A DNA stretch of 53,810 nucleotides from Chiloscyllium plagiosum (GCF_004010195.1 NC_057718.1:97467644-97521453), one strand, 5' to 3'; counted from the first letter of the stretch, positions 25,580 to 38,590 are shown. Numbers and translations are program-made. The notes: generated by a model from the sequence alone, not told the origin.

Positions 25580-26317
25580 TGTTGTAGGGAAAATCACCAG
25601 CCTCTGAGTCAGAGTCAGGTTCAATGACAGAGTTTATTGCACAAGGAAATACCGGAGCTCCAGGGAGAGAAAGACACCAACAGCATAGTGGGCAGCTGTG
25701 ATTCTTCTCTTAACTCAGAGCATATGTCAAAATAATTTTATACATTTTGTGATAATAGGTCAGCGATGAGGATATTGTCTCTGTAACATGGTTTGTTTAT
25801 GGTAAACATTACAGAATGGTTAATAGTTTTGATGCAGTCATTGTCAGTTCCAGCGCAACCTTTGTTAATTTCAGTGCGGTCATTGTCAGTTTCAGCGCGG
25901 TCGTTGTCAGTTTCAATGTCTATGCGGAAATCCTTTGCTGTAGTAATGGGTGCTGATCGCTCTTCCTGAAAAGAACGATTACTGCAGCCCTGGCTATTAT
26001 CACTCTGTATTGAGTCTGTATCAAACAGTTAACATTTCTAGCAAAGGTGTTGGCTGGACCCAGACACTACTGCGGGCAGTATACACTACTCATGTGTATT
26101 CTCTCCTCCACTCACCTTAAACTAATCAACTAGGTTGTCAGTGCTTTGTACTGGCATCCTGGTGGCTCCAGGCAGTGTCTGCATTTTCTCTGCTGTCTCT
26201 CTCCATATTGTGGTCCGGTGGCCATCTTGTGTGTCAAGTGGCCAACTGATGGCTCAGCGGCTATCTTAATTGTCCATGTGCCTAGTGTCACCCTCCCCCA
26301 TGCCATCTCCCATTTCA
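25580..26317 (-). mobile_element. Probable solo LTR
   Basis: TG...CA termini, 4-bp flanks aatg/gatg. It interrupts a CR1 fragment that is uninterrupted in the duplicate at about 27490. AATAAA on minus near 25635. Confidence 0.6.
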
Positions 26318-27112
26318 GATGCAAGGGGAATGTCAGCAAGACCTTCTTTTATGCAGCAACTAGCAATGGTCTTGATCTTGCTGCCCACAAGATGATGATG
26401 GGGATGGAAGTGGAATCAGAGGTTGGTTTCAGAAGGAAATTGGATGGGCACTTGATGGAAGTGATCATGCAGAGCCAAGGGGATTGGGCAGGAGGTACGA
26501 TTGACTCAATCGCTCGGCTGGAATTGGACTTGATAGGCCAAATAGGCAGAGGTCTCGCTCCGTCATTGTTTCGGTGTCCTTTTTGCATCCAAAATCTCAA
26601 ACTGTGTTGTGATCATTCCTTTCTTCTCACACAGTCAACCGTCTGACGATAACCACCTTTGACAGCCAAATTCTTACTTATTTATTCCAGCTGGGTCTGG
26701 TCACAGTGTACTGAGCAGTCTTTCAAATTAAATTAGGTTCTGCATTTCAAAGTTGGCCAAGGGCTGGGCAGGACTTTCTACCATCTTCCACTTACTGCGA
26801 TCTCAAGTCCATTGTTTAATGTTACTTCAGCTTCGATCTGTTGTGGTGTCCTTTGCAAAGTGTCTCTAGGTGTATCACAGTAAGGATTCGATACTATTGC
26901 CCTGATTCATTTTCTCAGTGTTAGTTGAGGATTTATCTAACTCTCTCACCCAGGCTGTGGGCTTGTCTTATGATATTTATTCAACTATTTATTGTGTGTT
27001 TTAATGAGTTGATTATTAATGATATTGATCTGATGTTTGGGATGGTGGGGCTTGAGATGCAAGACTAGAATAGAGAGGCTGGCAATTGAAAGGAGTGATT
27101 TGACAGATGTGA

Positions 27113-27385
27113 CTGGGCAACTCAGTGGTTAACTCTGCTGCCTTACAGCACCAGAGACCCAGATTCAATCCCAGCCTCAGGTGACTGTCTGGAGTTTGAA
27201 CATTCTCCCGATGTCTGTTTGGGGGGGTGCTCCGGTTTCCTCCCATAGTCCAAAGGTGTGCAGGTTGGGTGGATTGGCCGTGGGAAATGTGGGGTTACAC
27301 AGGGATGGGGTGGATCTGAGTGGGATGCTCTTTAGGAGATTGGTATAGGCTGAATGGCCTGCTTCCACATTGTGGGGATTCTGTG
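27113..27385 (+). mobile_element. HE1 V-SINE followed by an old CR1 fragment (to about 27725)
   Basis: SINE head, core and tail, then a CR1-like 3' region. Confidence 0.75.
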
Positions 27386-28499
27386 ATTGTAGGTTTTGCT
27401 AAGATAGACAAAGAAAACCTCCCATTTCTGATGTTACAAGAATCGGGGTTGGGCCGGGGTGGGGGGAAATACAGATGTAAAACTTTGAGCTAGAGAGACA
27501 AGGGGAATGTGAGGAAGACCTTCTTTTATTGCAGCAAGTGGCAATGGTCTGGATCCTGCTGCCCACAAGAGGGTGATGAGGGTGGAAGTGAAATCAGTGG
27601 TTGGTTTCAGAAGGAAATTGGATGGGCGCTTGACAGAAGTGATCATGCAATGCCAAGGGATTGGGCAGGAGGTAAGATTGACTCAATTGCTTGGCCAGCA
27701 ATTGGACTCGATAGGCCAAATGGTCTCCTCTTGTAGCAAACAAAAAAACAGAAATTGCTGGATGAACTTGGCAGGTCTGGCAGCATCTGCAGAGAGAAAA
27801 ACACACGTGTACACATGTACGGATAAAAGCCATCTCCCTTAGTGCTGTAAATGACTCTGACTGAAATATTCAACCAAAGGAAGGGTAGAGCAGGCTGCTG
27901 CAAATTGACTATCCACCTGTACATGTGTTGCCCTGTACACCTCGCCTATACCTCTCACCCAGTGCATTGCTGTCTACCTGAACACTTCACTTATGCCTGT
28001 ACACATTGCCTGCATGCCTTTTCATGGTATCCATAGTCCCAGCATGTACACCCTCTCTGTATACTCTCCTTTACAGCTGTGCATGCCAGTATACAAGTAC
28101 ACTTCAGTAAATCATGTCTCTTTTTAGCAAAATTCAAGTTCTGTTCTACCAAAGGACTACATAAATACAAACAGTTGACAATAGAGTGGAGCTTGAGAAT
28201 TGCTGCAAAAGGACATATTTTGTCAAAAGTGTTTGCCTTGTACTCATCAGGACATTTTTCAAGAATGCCACTTTATGACTTTATTTGTACCGCATGACAG
28301 GAGAGCGATAATTGATTGGCTAGTGAACTCTGTTTAGTAGGGATGTTGCCATGGAGAATGCACCAGCTAATGATGATTGACAGTTAACTCAGGCTTTGTT
28401 TAAATAGTAAACCAAGCAGGTTGACTCTGATTGACCAAGGCTTTGCCTTTGGAAATGAACCAGCAAATATTTTAATGTTTTGAAACAGGCACAGTGCAT

Positions 28500-29140
28500 G
28501 CACATAGAGTCATACAGCATGGAAACAGACCCTTCGGTTGAACCAGTCCATATTGAACATAATCCCAAACTAACTAGTCCCACCTGCCTGCTCCTGGTCC
28601 ATATCCCTCCAAACCTTTCCTATTCATGTACTTATCCAAATAGCTTCTAAACATTGTAACTGTACCCAACATCCACTACTTCCTCAGGAAGTTCATTCCA
28701 CACATGAACCACTCTCTGTATAAAAAAATTGCCCATTATGTCTTTTTGAAATCTCCCTCCTCTCACCTCAAATATGCTTGCTAGTCTTGAAATCCCCCAC
28801 CTTAGGGAAAAGATATCTACAATTAACTCTTTCCATACCCCTCATTATTTTATAAGTTTCTATAAGGTCGCCTCTCAACCTCCGAGTGAAAAAAATCCCA
28901 GCCTTTCTTTATAACTCAAACCTGCCATACCTAGCAACATCCTGGTAAATGTCATCTGAACCTCTCCAGCTTAAATATATCCTTTCTATAACTGACTGAC
29001 CAGAACTGGACACAATATTCCAGAAGGGGCCTTATCAGTGACTTGTACAACCTCAACATGACTTCCTAACTCCTATACTCAAAGGATAGAGCAGTGAAGG
29101 CAAGTGTGCCAAGTACCTTTTTAACCACCCTGTCTGTATG
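28500..29140 (-). mobile_element. CR1 LINE 3' fragment
   Basis: catagagtcatacagcatggaaacagacccttcgg tail, then ORF2 reverse complement. Confidence 0.85.
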
Positions 29141-29639
29141 TTCTTTCAGTCTGTGAAGAATGTGTATTATTAACACACATAGATTGCAGTACATACAAGG
29201 GTGCTACACTGCCAGAGAGCCTGATAACTCTGTATTAGTTGTCAGCATAATTTTTCAGACACGCTCTAAAGAAGTAGGCCATGCCTAGGACAGTGACAAG
29301 TCAACCACATTGCTGTGGGTCTGGAATCACATGTAGGCCGCACCAGGTAAGGATGACAGATTCTTTTCTGAAAGGACATCAGTGGGTTTTTCCTGACAAA
29401 CAACCGTGGATGCATGGTCAGCATTTAGACTCTTAATTCCAGATTTTCATTAAGTTCAAATTCCACCCATAAGACCACAGATCATAAGTCTCAAAAACAG
29501 AAATAGGCCATTCAGCCCATCGAGTTTGGTCCACCATTCAATGAGATCATGGCGACTTGATAATCCTTAGTGCCAAGAATCGAAAACATTAAATTTGTAT
29601 TGTTATGATAAAGCTCGTTAGAAGCTCAACAGACTTGTT

Positions 29640-29880
29640 AAGAAAATACAGACTTGCAGATGCTGAAAATCTGAAACAAAAGCAGAAATTACTGGCGAAA
29701 TTCAGCAGGTCTGGCAGCAACTGTGGAGAGAGAAAGCAGAGTTAACAATTTGGATCCGGTGAAGTTTCGAGTTCTGATGAAGAGTCAACGGACTGAAAAC
29801 GTTAACCCTGCCTTCTTCCCACAGATGCTGACAGACCTGCAGAGTTTTGCCAGAAATGTCTGCTTCTGTAACTTTGTTCT
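29640..29880. mobile_element. Family C Penelope fold-back
   Basis: Inverted gcagaaattactggcgaaa / ttttgccagaaatgtctgc. Core gttctgatgaagagtcaacggactgaaaacgttaac. Confidence 0.75.
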
Positions 29881-30894
29881 TGCAGGTCAATGGGACGTGT
29901 TCAGTCTAGGATACATGGTCAGCGCAGACGGGTTGGACTGAGGGTTGTGTTTCCCTGCTGTAGGTCTCTATAATTTGGGACGCTGCTTCCAGAAGAGGCA
30001 GCACGTTCAGTACCTTCTACCGTGATGTTTCTTTTCCTTTGAGCCAGATGTTCTTTATTCAGCCTGGAAACATTTTACTGAAAGACGTTCTCAATGGGAT
30101 TCAGAAGTATGACCTTGTGCAAAAAAAAGCTTAGATCTGGGGAAGGGACGTAATGTGATTTTGCCCGGACTACATCATTTCTTTTGCCTGACATCTGAAA
30201 TAGTATTTCACAGCACTCAAGTGCCTTCAAAACAATGAACAAGGACTTTGGAGGGTGAGCAGAAAATAAAGGCTCATCTGCATGAGCTGCAGGTAGTTTT
30301 GTGCATAGATCTTATTAGAGTGGCCGGGAAAAGTTAGAGCCCTTGACGGATTGTTGGCAGTGATGCATTAATGCGGATACCTTGGAATTTCACAGGACCG
30401 TACTGAGCTGCCAAAATACAGACCTCTTTATCATAAGCGACTCAAATCCAGGAATAGCATAAATAAACATGCGAGAGTAGTTTTGGCATGGAGCATCTTG
30501 TTATCATTGGTTTTCATAGCAAAATAATTGCTACGTTGCTGTGAAGCTTTGGTACATTGTGAGCGCAAACTGCATAGGCTTGAATAATAATTTGAAACAT
30601 CGTATTGTGTTACTCCTTAGAAGTCTGTCTGTGCTGTGAATAACAAAGAAAAGTAGCTTTTTTTTGGTTTTTCTTATTTTATCAGTCTCTGTGTGCTGCC
30701 TTAGTGAAGCTGTTGTATAACATAAGGCACATGCCACCTCCAGAGTATAATACTTGGGCAGAGAAAAAGGAATAAAGTTATCAGAATAAAAACAAAATCC
30801 AAGTTGGATCATATCACTCAGAAATATTCAAAAGTGCCTCCTTTGTTATCATAAATACTGACACTACTGACTAGTCTAAGCAGGGTTGTTGAAA

Positions 30895-31226
30895 GGTGGC
30901 ACAGCGGCTCAGTGGCTGGCACTGCGGCCTCACAGTGCCAGGGGCCTGGGTTTGATTCCAGCCTTGGGTGACTCTCCGTGTGGCGTTTATATATTCTCCC
31001 CATGTCTGTGTAGGTTTCCTCCCACAGTCCCAAAGATGTGCTGGTTAGGTGGTTTGGCCATGCTAAATTGCCCGTAGTGTTCGTGGGTCTGCAGGCTCAG
31101 TGGATTGGCCATGGGAAATGTTGGGCTGCAAGGGTAGGGGAGTGGGCCTGGCTAGGGAGATGGTCTTCAGAGGGATGGCGTGGACCCGATGGGCAGAATG
31201 GTCTGTTTCCCTGCTGTCGGGATTCA
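30895..31226 (+). mobile_element. HE1 V-SINE
   Basis: Head, core and tail. Confidence 0.85.
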
Positions 31227-31311
31227 AAATGGAGGGGACTTTTAACAGAAAGAAAATGGATGGTTTTTGTCCAATTCTGGGTTGTTGGAAACAAAGGGGC
31301 TGAGTTATATT

Positions 31312-32232
31312 TTTCCTCATTCACTCATGGGACGAAGGTGTCACTCGCTAGGCCAGCATTTATTGCCCATCCAGGGGACAGTAAAGAGTCAACCACATTG
31401 CTGTGGGTCTAGAGTCACACGTAGGCCCGACCAGGTAAGGATGGCAGATTCTTTCCTGAAAGGACATCAGTGGGTTTTTCCTGACAAACAACGGTGGATT
31501 GATGGTCATCATTTAGACTCTTAATTCCAGATTTTTATTAAGTTCAAATTCCACCATCTTCCATAACAGGATTTGAACCTGGATCCCTGGGACATTACCT
31601 GTGTTTCTGGGACATTATCTGGATCCCTGGGATATTACCTGGATTCCTGGGACATTACCTGGATCCCTGGGACATTACCTGGGTCTCTGAGACATGACCT
31701 AGATCCCTGGGACATTACCTAGGTATCTGAGACATTACCTGGATTCCTGGGACATAACCTGGATTCCTGGGACATTAGCTGGGTCTCTGGGACATTACCT
31801 AGATCCCTGGGACATCACCTGGATCCGTGGGACATTACCTGGGTCTCTAGGACATTACCTTGATCACTGGGACATTACCTGGTTCTCTGGGGCATTACCT
31901 TGATCACTGGGACATTACCTGGGTCTCTGGGACATTACCTAGATCCCTGGGACATCACCTGGATCCGTGGACATTACCTGGGTCTCTAGGACATTACCTT
32001 GATCACTGGGACATTACCTGGGTCTCTGGGGCATTACCTTGATCACTGGGACATTACCAGGGTCTCTGGGGCATTATCTGGATTCCTGGGACATTACCCC
32101 CCTGGGTCTCTGAGACATTACCTAGATCCCTGGGACATCACCTGGATCTGTGGGACATTACCTGGGTCTCTGGGGCATTATCTGGATCCCTGGGACATCA
32201 CCTGGGTCTCTGGATTAATTGCACTAGGCCAT
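31312..32232 (-). mobile_element. tRNA-SINE (second family) containing an expanded minisatellite
   Basis: SINE body 31312-31580 and head end at 32205-32232. Unexpanded copies at 33435-33625 and 22850-23182. Confidence 0.75.
31579..32213. repeat. 20-bp minisatellite (ggatccctgggacattacct / gggtctctgggacattacct), about 31 units
   Basis: Directly visible tandem array. Confidence 0.95.
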
Positions 32233-32434
32233 TGTTTCCAGTAATTGGTCCCTGAATGAAGCATGCCATGGTGAGAAATCTGGGAGAATCGCGTGAGTTG
32301 TCCAGCAAAATCTAGTTCCATGTCAGGAGTAATTAGCTTCATTTTCCAACCAAGTACCAGGCATCAAATGGAAGAATGGAACCTTAACATTTTTTTTTTG
32401 GCAAAGTGAGTTTAATGGAGGTCTTCTTTCTATG

Positions 32435-32656
32435 AAGTCAGAAGTCACATGACACTGGGTTATAGTCTGACAGGTTTATTTAAAATCACAGGCTTTCAGA
32501 GCGCTGCTCCTTTGTCAGGTGACATCTTCAGCTTCAAATCACCTGACGAAGGGGCAGTGCTCTGAAAGCTTGCGATTTCACATAAACCCGTCTTCAAATA
32601 AACATGTGACTTCTGCCCATGTTCACCTCAGTCCGAGACCGGCACTTCCACATCAT
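32435..32656 (+). mobile_element. Family B Penelope fold-back
   Basis: aagtcagaagtcacatg.../...catgtgacttctg. Core cacctgacgaaggggcagtgctctgaaagcttgcg. Confidence 0.75.
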
Positions 32657-33873
32657 GGCTACCATTCTTTCCCAGAAGCTCTTATTGTATCAGCCCCAAA
32701 CTCCCACCGTTATCCCACCCCTATGGTGCCTCTTGTGCCCATTCTGCCACACTCCGTACCTGAATAATTCACCACTGCTGGATTTCCCCAGTGGTGATGA
32801 GCTCTTCCAGCCTCAAATCCAGCTGGTATTGGAGGAGAGAAACCGCAGAGAGGCAGGGTGACTACTTACTGAAACGCCGTGATAGTGTGAGAAAACCTTA
32901 CGTAGAGGAACCCTCCATGGGACACCGTGAACGTGGCACTTAGCTTAAAAATCAAACACGATTCAGCCCAGGTCCTCTTTCTCAGCTCTAACCCGTCCCT
33001 TTAATTAAAACGAGAAGCGGATGAGAAACCCAAATCCGTTTCACAACGTGGCCTGCAGCTTTAAACATGGCAATGAGAACATGAGTCTCATTATCATGCC
33101 GGTTTTGGAACGGAACCGCCAACTACCGGTTTTGCTTGACCTGTTTGGAGCCCGCTAAGCTCCACAAGGAGAGGTCTCAGCAAATATCTTCACACCTCCT
33201 TCTTGCATCCAGCCGGGAGTCACTGAGGTCAGGCCGAAAGACTCTCGGCCATCCTCGTGCTTCATCAGGACCCTCAATCTCCAATGAGGCCCTCCTCCTT
33301 TCCTCTGAACTCACTCCTTCCTCTCCAGTCACTAGCATCTCTCCTCCAATTAGTCCTTGCTTTTCTTTCTGCCCCATTCATTTTCAGACCAGCATTTCTT
33401 GCCCGTGCCTCATCGCCCAGAGAGCAGTTGAGAGCCTAAAGAACATCAGTGAACCAGATGGGTTTCTCCCGACAATTGACAACGGTTTCATGGTCCTCAT
33501 TAGACTTTTAATTCCAGATTTTTATTGAATTCAAAATCCACCATCTGCTTTGGCAGGAATTGAACTTAGGTTCCCAGAACATTACCTGGGCTTCTGGATT
33601 AAAAGTCTCACTAAGCCATCACCTAGTACACACTGAGTACTCTAATAATTGCCCTCATCCCATTCCCTCCAATCCTACCCTCCACCCCCCTCTGATTAAG
33701 CTCCATCGGAAACTAAGCAGACACCCCCAACATCCAAAATTCTGACTGATCCAACATCTTGTTGATGAGATCAGTGGAAGTTTTATCCAAGCTGTTAACT
33801 GCAACCACAACTCTGGGCCTTCTTCTGTGGAATCTTGTCACTGATCTTTCATTCTCTGACATCTCACCCTCAC

Positions 33874-34006
33874 AGTCGAGAGTGTGGTGCTGGAAAAGCG
33901 CAGCAGGTCAGGTAGCATCCGAGGAGCAGGAAAATTGACATTTTGAGCATGAGCTCTTCATCAGGATTTCATCAGATCGCCAGCATCTGCAGTCCTCACT
34001 TTCTCC
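33874..34006. mobile_element. Family A Penelope insertion
   Basis: Flanked by catctcacc(c/t)tcac at 33860-33873 and 34007-34020. Confidence 0.8.
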
Positions 34007-35598
34007 CATCTCACCTTCACTCTCAACTACAACATTGCAGACCCAATTCTATTGCCACTGTGAGTCAGTGAGTCTTCTTGCTTCTGTAGCCACAGCCATT
34101 GGGTCCATTTAACCTGTTCAATACTTAGGAAAGGTTATGAAACCCTGACAGTATCCTGTTTCAGTCCAATGGGATTGTTAACCTGTCATTGAGTCAAGGA
34201 TCAATGTCAGTGACAATGCAGCACTCCCTCATGTTATGGACCAGACCAGAGCCCCTCGAAATATTGTAGCCTAGACACTAATGTTTACTTATTTTAAAGA
34301 TAGATGTGAAGTGTGTGTTCCAAATGTAATACGACTGGTCAAACTATTCAATGTTAAGCAAAACACACTGCTGTTAAAATATAAACAAAAGAGGAGGAAT
34401 TTAGAATAATGTAACTATTGGAAAACTTAACTGAATAATAGATACAGTAACTATTACTAATTAAATGTTCCAGTATAGTAACATCCCACAAACACACCTT
34501 GACAGATTCTTACATGCAGTTCTCCCATCCAGGAGGAAACAACATCAAGAGATATTAGCAGCTACGAATCATCTACATAAGCCCCAACTTTTCTGGGAGC
34601 CAAAATAACTTCTCACTGCTACATCTAAAAGAATCTGGAAAGCCAGCAATGTGCAAGTTGGCGATTCCCCTTCCAGTGTTCCAACTGTTTAAAAAAAAGC
34701 CTAGATGCCTCCTAAGCTATTTACTTCAGCTAGGTCAGCACCTCTGCCTTTACAACCCCTCTTCAAAAAATACCCAGTACAAAATAATCTATTTAAAGTG
34801 ACAGCAAAATCGCAGTATCATATTGAGGCATCAGCTGTGGTTATGTAATCCAACTCTGACAGGGGCTTTAACCCACAGTCATTCATTGAGAGTTTCCATT
34901 TGTTCCAAGCTAGCATCATTCCTGTCCTGAAGAAATTGGCCCATATTTGGTTACAATACAGTGAGTAAAAAGGCAAAGTTGCCATAATCTTACCAGTCCA
35001 TAGGGCTGCTCTCTCACTAAGAGAGACAGCTGTGTGAGTATCAACAACTGTCTAATACCTACTCCAGAGTCCTGAGAAAGGGCCAACAGATCATTTAATG
35101 AATCATCCAACTGTACTCAAAATGGCTTTTAGAATTCTGTCTGCCAGCTGGATCTTTGAATACATTCAAGGCTGGATTAGACAGATTTTTGACCTGAAAG
35201 CAAGTCAAGCGTAATGAGAACCAGGCTAGAAAGCAGAGTTGAGGCCAAGATCAGATCAGCCATGACCTCACTGACTGGCAGAACAGGCCCGAGGGCCTCT
35301 AATGCTTACTCCTGCTCCTCTTCCTTAAATCCAGAAGAACCTTATCTGAGACACTGAGAAGCTGCCAGGCAAGTTAACTCTTACTGTCAGTCGCGTTGTC
35401 ACAGGATATTATCAAAGCTACAGAAGTATTATTTCTCCCTGTAATATTAGTTGTCCCTGATGATAATGCCACACTGTCATTGTCACACGTGTCTGTTTCA
35501 TCTGCTACATCACCCACAATGCAGGTGTAATAATTCTTTTTGAGAAGGAATGTTTGCCAGTGTTGTTAATATGTTCTTGTTTGCATTTTCGCCTCTAG

Positions 35599-35699
35599 AA
35601 TGACTCCATTCCACAAGAAAATTTCACAACTGAAGTATTCCAAGCTTTCTTGAATAGCATCTGTCCTCGGCCTGAACTTGACGTCATTTTCTCGGAATA
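35599..35699 (+). CDS. PLCB1: PLCB1-like internal coding exon, 101 nt
   Basis: Acceptor ctctag ending at 35598, donor gtaagc at 35700. Phase 0, encodes [33 protein letters not shown]+TA, close to recalled PLCB1 NDSIPQEDFTPEVY...CPRPEID. Confidence 0.93.
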
Positions 35700-36574
35700 G
35701 TAAGCATTTTCTTTTCTTGTTCGGTTTTTAATGTCGGACGTTTGGGAAAATGCCTCTGACTTTATGTTTGGTTTCAAAACATGTACAACATTTTAAAATT
35801 CGGTACGCAGATAGGAAAGGCTTAGAGGGATATGGGCCAACTGCAGGCAAAATGGGACCAGTCCAGTTTCAGAAACGGCATGGCACGGACTAGTTGGGCC
35901 GAAGGGCCTGTTTCCATGCTAAAACCTTTGTGCCATCACGGTATGAATGACTTCCGCAAGCCATGTCCTTTTTGTCTCATCCTGCGTGACACAAATATTG
36001 AAATTAGGGTTTGTGCTTTAGGAATGGGCGCTCAGCTGGAATCTGGTACAGATAGCATTGTAAAACCAACACAAAATTGCTGGAAAAGCTCTGCAGGTCT
36101 GGCAGCATCTGAGGAGAGAAAACAGAGTTAACGTTTCATGTCCAGGATGAGTCTTCTTCAAAACATAGTTCTGAAGAACACATGCTAGACTCATAGATGA
36201 TCGTAGAAGGCCTGGAATGGTGTTCCTCTCCCAACATGGAGGTCTTGTCCCATGGTCGAGGTTTTCAGCAGCTTCTGGGTATTCCAGCAGCCGGGCATGC
36301 AGGTCTCATCCTTGCCTCGGATGGTGCATACAGGTCTTCCAATGGCTCAGTGTCGAGGCCTAGTCCTAATGTTGAGGTCTCGTCTCGGCCCAGAGTATTG
36401 GACTTGGCCCCGTTTCCCTTGTTACGCCGAACACAGGAGTCGTCTATTGAAATGTGATGAGCTTCCACTTTGTTCTCTTCTTATTTGTGACTTCTGTCAT
36501 TCTTTTTGGCACTGTGATATGGCGACTTTTAAAACTTCTCAATGTATTTTTATTTTGTTAAAATGCACATTACA

Positions 36575-37473
36575 ATAGTCAGTAAGTTTGCAGATGACAC
36601 CAAAATTGGAGGTGTAGTGGACAGCGAAGAAGGTTACCTCAGATTACAACGGGATCTTGATCAGATGGGCCAATGGGCTGAGAAGTGGCAGATGGAGTTT
36701 AATTTAGATAAATGTGAGATGCTGCATTTAGCAGGACTTATACACTAATAGTAAGGTCCTGGGAGTGTTGCTGAACAAAGAGACCTTGGAGTGCAGGTTC
36801 ATAGCTCCTTAAAAGTTAGAGTCACAGGTAGATAGGATAGTGAAGAAGGCATTTAGTATGCTTTCCTTTATTGGTCAGAATATTGAGTACAGGAGTCGGG
36901 AGGTCATGTTGGTGCATGACATTGGTTAGGCCACTTTTTGGAATATTGCATGTAATTATGGTCTCCTTCCTATCAGAAGAATGTTGTGAAACTTGAAAGG
37001 GTTCAAAAAAGATTTACAAAGATGTTGCCAGGGTTGGGGGAATTCAGCTACAGGGAGAGGCTGAACAGGCTGGGGCTGTTTTCCCTGGAGTGTCGGAGGC
37101 TGAGGGGTGACCTTATAGAGATCTATAAAATCATGAGGGGCATGGATAGGATAAATAGAAAAAGTCTCTTACCTGGGGTCAGGGAGTCCAGAACTAGAGG
37201 GCATAGGTTTAGGGTGAGAGGGGAAAGATATAAAAAGGACCTAAGGGGCAACTATTTCACATAGAGGGTGGTGCGTATATGGAATGAGCTGCCAGAGGAA
37301 GTGATGGAGGCTGGTACTTTACAACATTTAAAAGGCATCTGGATGGGTATATGAATAGGACGGGTTTGGAGGGATATGGGCCTGGTGCTGGCAGGTGGGA
37401 CGAGATTGCATTGGGATAATTGGTCAGCTTGGACCCAAGGGTCTGTTTCCGTGCTGTACATCTCTATAACTCT
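36575..37473 (+). mobile_element. CR1 LINE 3' portion
   Basis: SKFADDTKIGGVVDSEEGYLRLQRDLDQ and LERVQKRFTKMLPG...RGDLIEIYKIMRG. Confidence 0.92.
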
Positions 37474-38489
37474 AATAAACGGATGTTCTGCCTTTCAATG
37501 CTGCTGTGCTATTCATTATGATAATCGTTCATTGTCTAAAGGCCTGTTCTTGCCTTTCGTGCATATCCTTTGATCCCTTTCACCCTAAGTTCTATATCCA
37601 TCACGTTTTTGAAAGTATAGATACTCGATTCCAGATATTTGTTGAATTAAAATCCACCATCTGCCATGCTAGGATTTGAACCTGAGTCCCCAGAACTTTA
37701 TGTGAGTTTTTCAATTAACAGTCTAGTAATAATTACACTTGGCCATTATCTTGTTCGCCCTCAGCTGCTGTTATGACGTTGATCAGGTTTACTAAACTGT
37801 AGCAAATATATCTTCCCAGTGCCAGACCTGTTTGAATCATAAATTTATTGCTTGCAAAGACAACACTGCTGGTAACCATTGAGAATCTTCCTTTCTCCTG
37901 CATTATCGAAAAGGATAGCTTCCAGCACGATGAACTGTCTCGGAGCTAATTGACGACGTATTCAATGAGTGGGCAGCTTTTCTATGTTCAGATTTAACAT
38001 CAGTAACCCATTAGCAGTACTCTGATTTTGTAGTGGTACTGACAGCCAAAGTGTCAGAGGACACTCTCAGTCCTTGATTGAACCTGACAGTAACTTCTGG
38101 TATGTGCACGCAAACAGAATAAGGCAGTAACCCAGAAGCTATTACCTATGGTTCTCCAAATAGGTATAGTGTTTAAGAATTCCTCAGCACCGCCTTCCCC
38201 ACTCCCGTTCCCAACACCCACTCCCTCTTCCCCCAACCCCTTCATGTCAGGTCTCAAACAATGGGAAACCTTTGGCCTGATGAATACTTCCATTCCTAAT
38301 GCTGACCGCCTCACTGTTAAACCCCTTGGAAAAATACTACTTCCTCACTGAGGTGAAACTTGGTTTATAGTGGTGAACAAACTTCATGATTGCCGCCAAA
38401 CAACTCACTTGTCCTGTCAACCAAATGTGGAGTATCGAATTTTCCCATTTTAATAAATAAATATTCACAGTCTTCAAATGAAGTGATTA

Positions 38490-38590
38490 CATCTGACAAA
38501 GGGACAGCGCTCCGAAAGCTTGTGATTTCAAATAAACCTGTTAGGCTATAACCTGGCGGCGTGTGACTTGTGACCTTGTCCACCCCTGTC
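38490..38590 (+). mobile_element. Family B Penelope repeat
   Basis: ctgacaaagggacagcgctccgaaagcttgtgatttcaaataaacctgtt. Confidence 0.7.

Noticed and set aside
26146..26646. 166-aa ORF
   Set aside because: Chance read-through across the LTR end and a decayed CR1 fragment.
31579..32213. CRISPR array or repeat protein
   Set aside because: Head-to-tail units without unique spacers, in eukaryotic SINE context.
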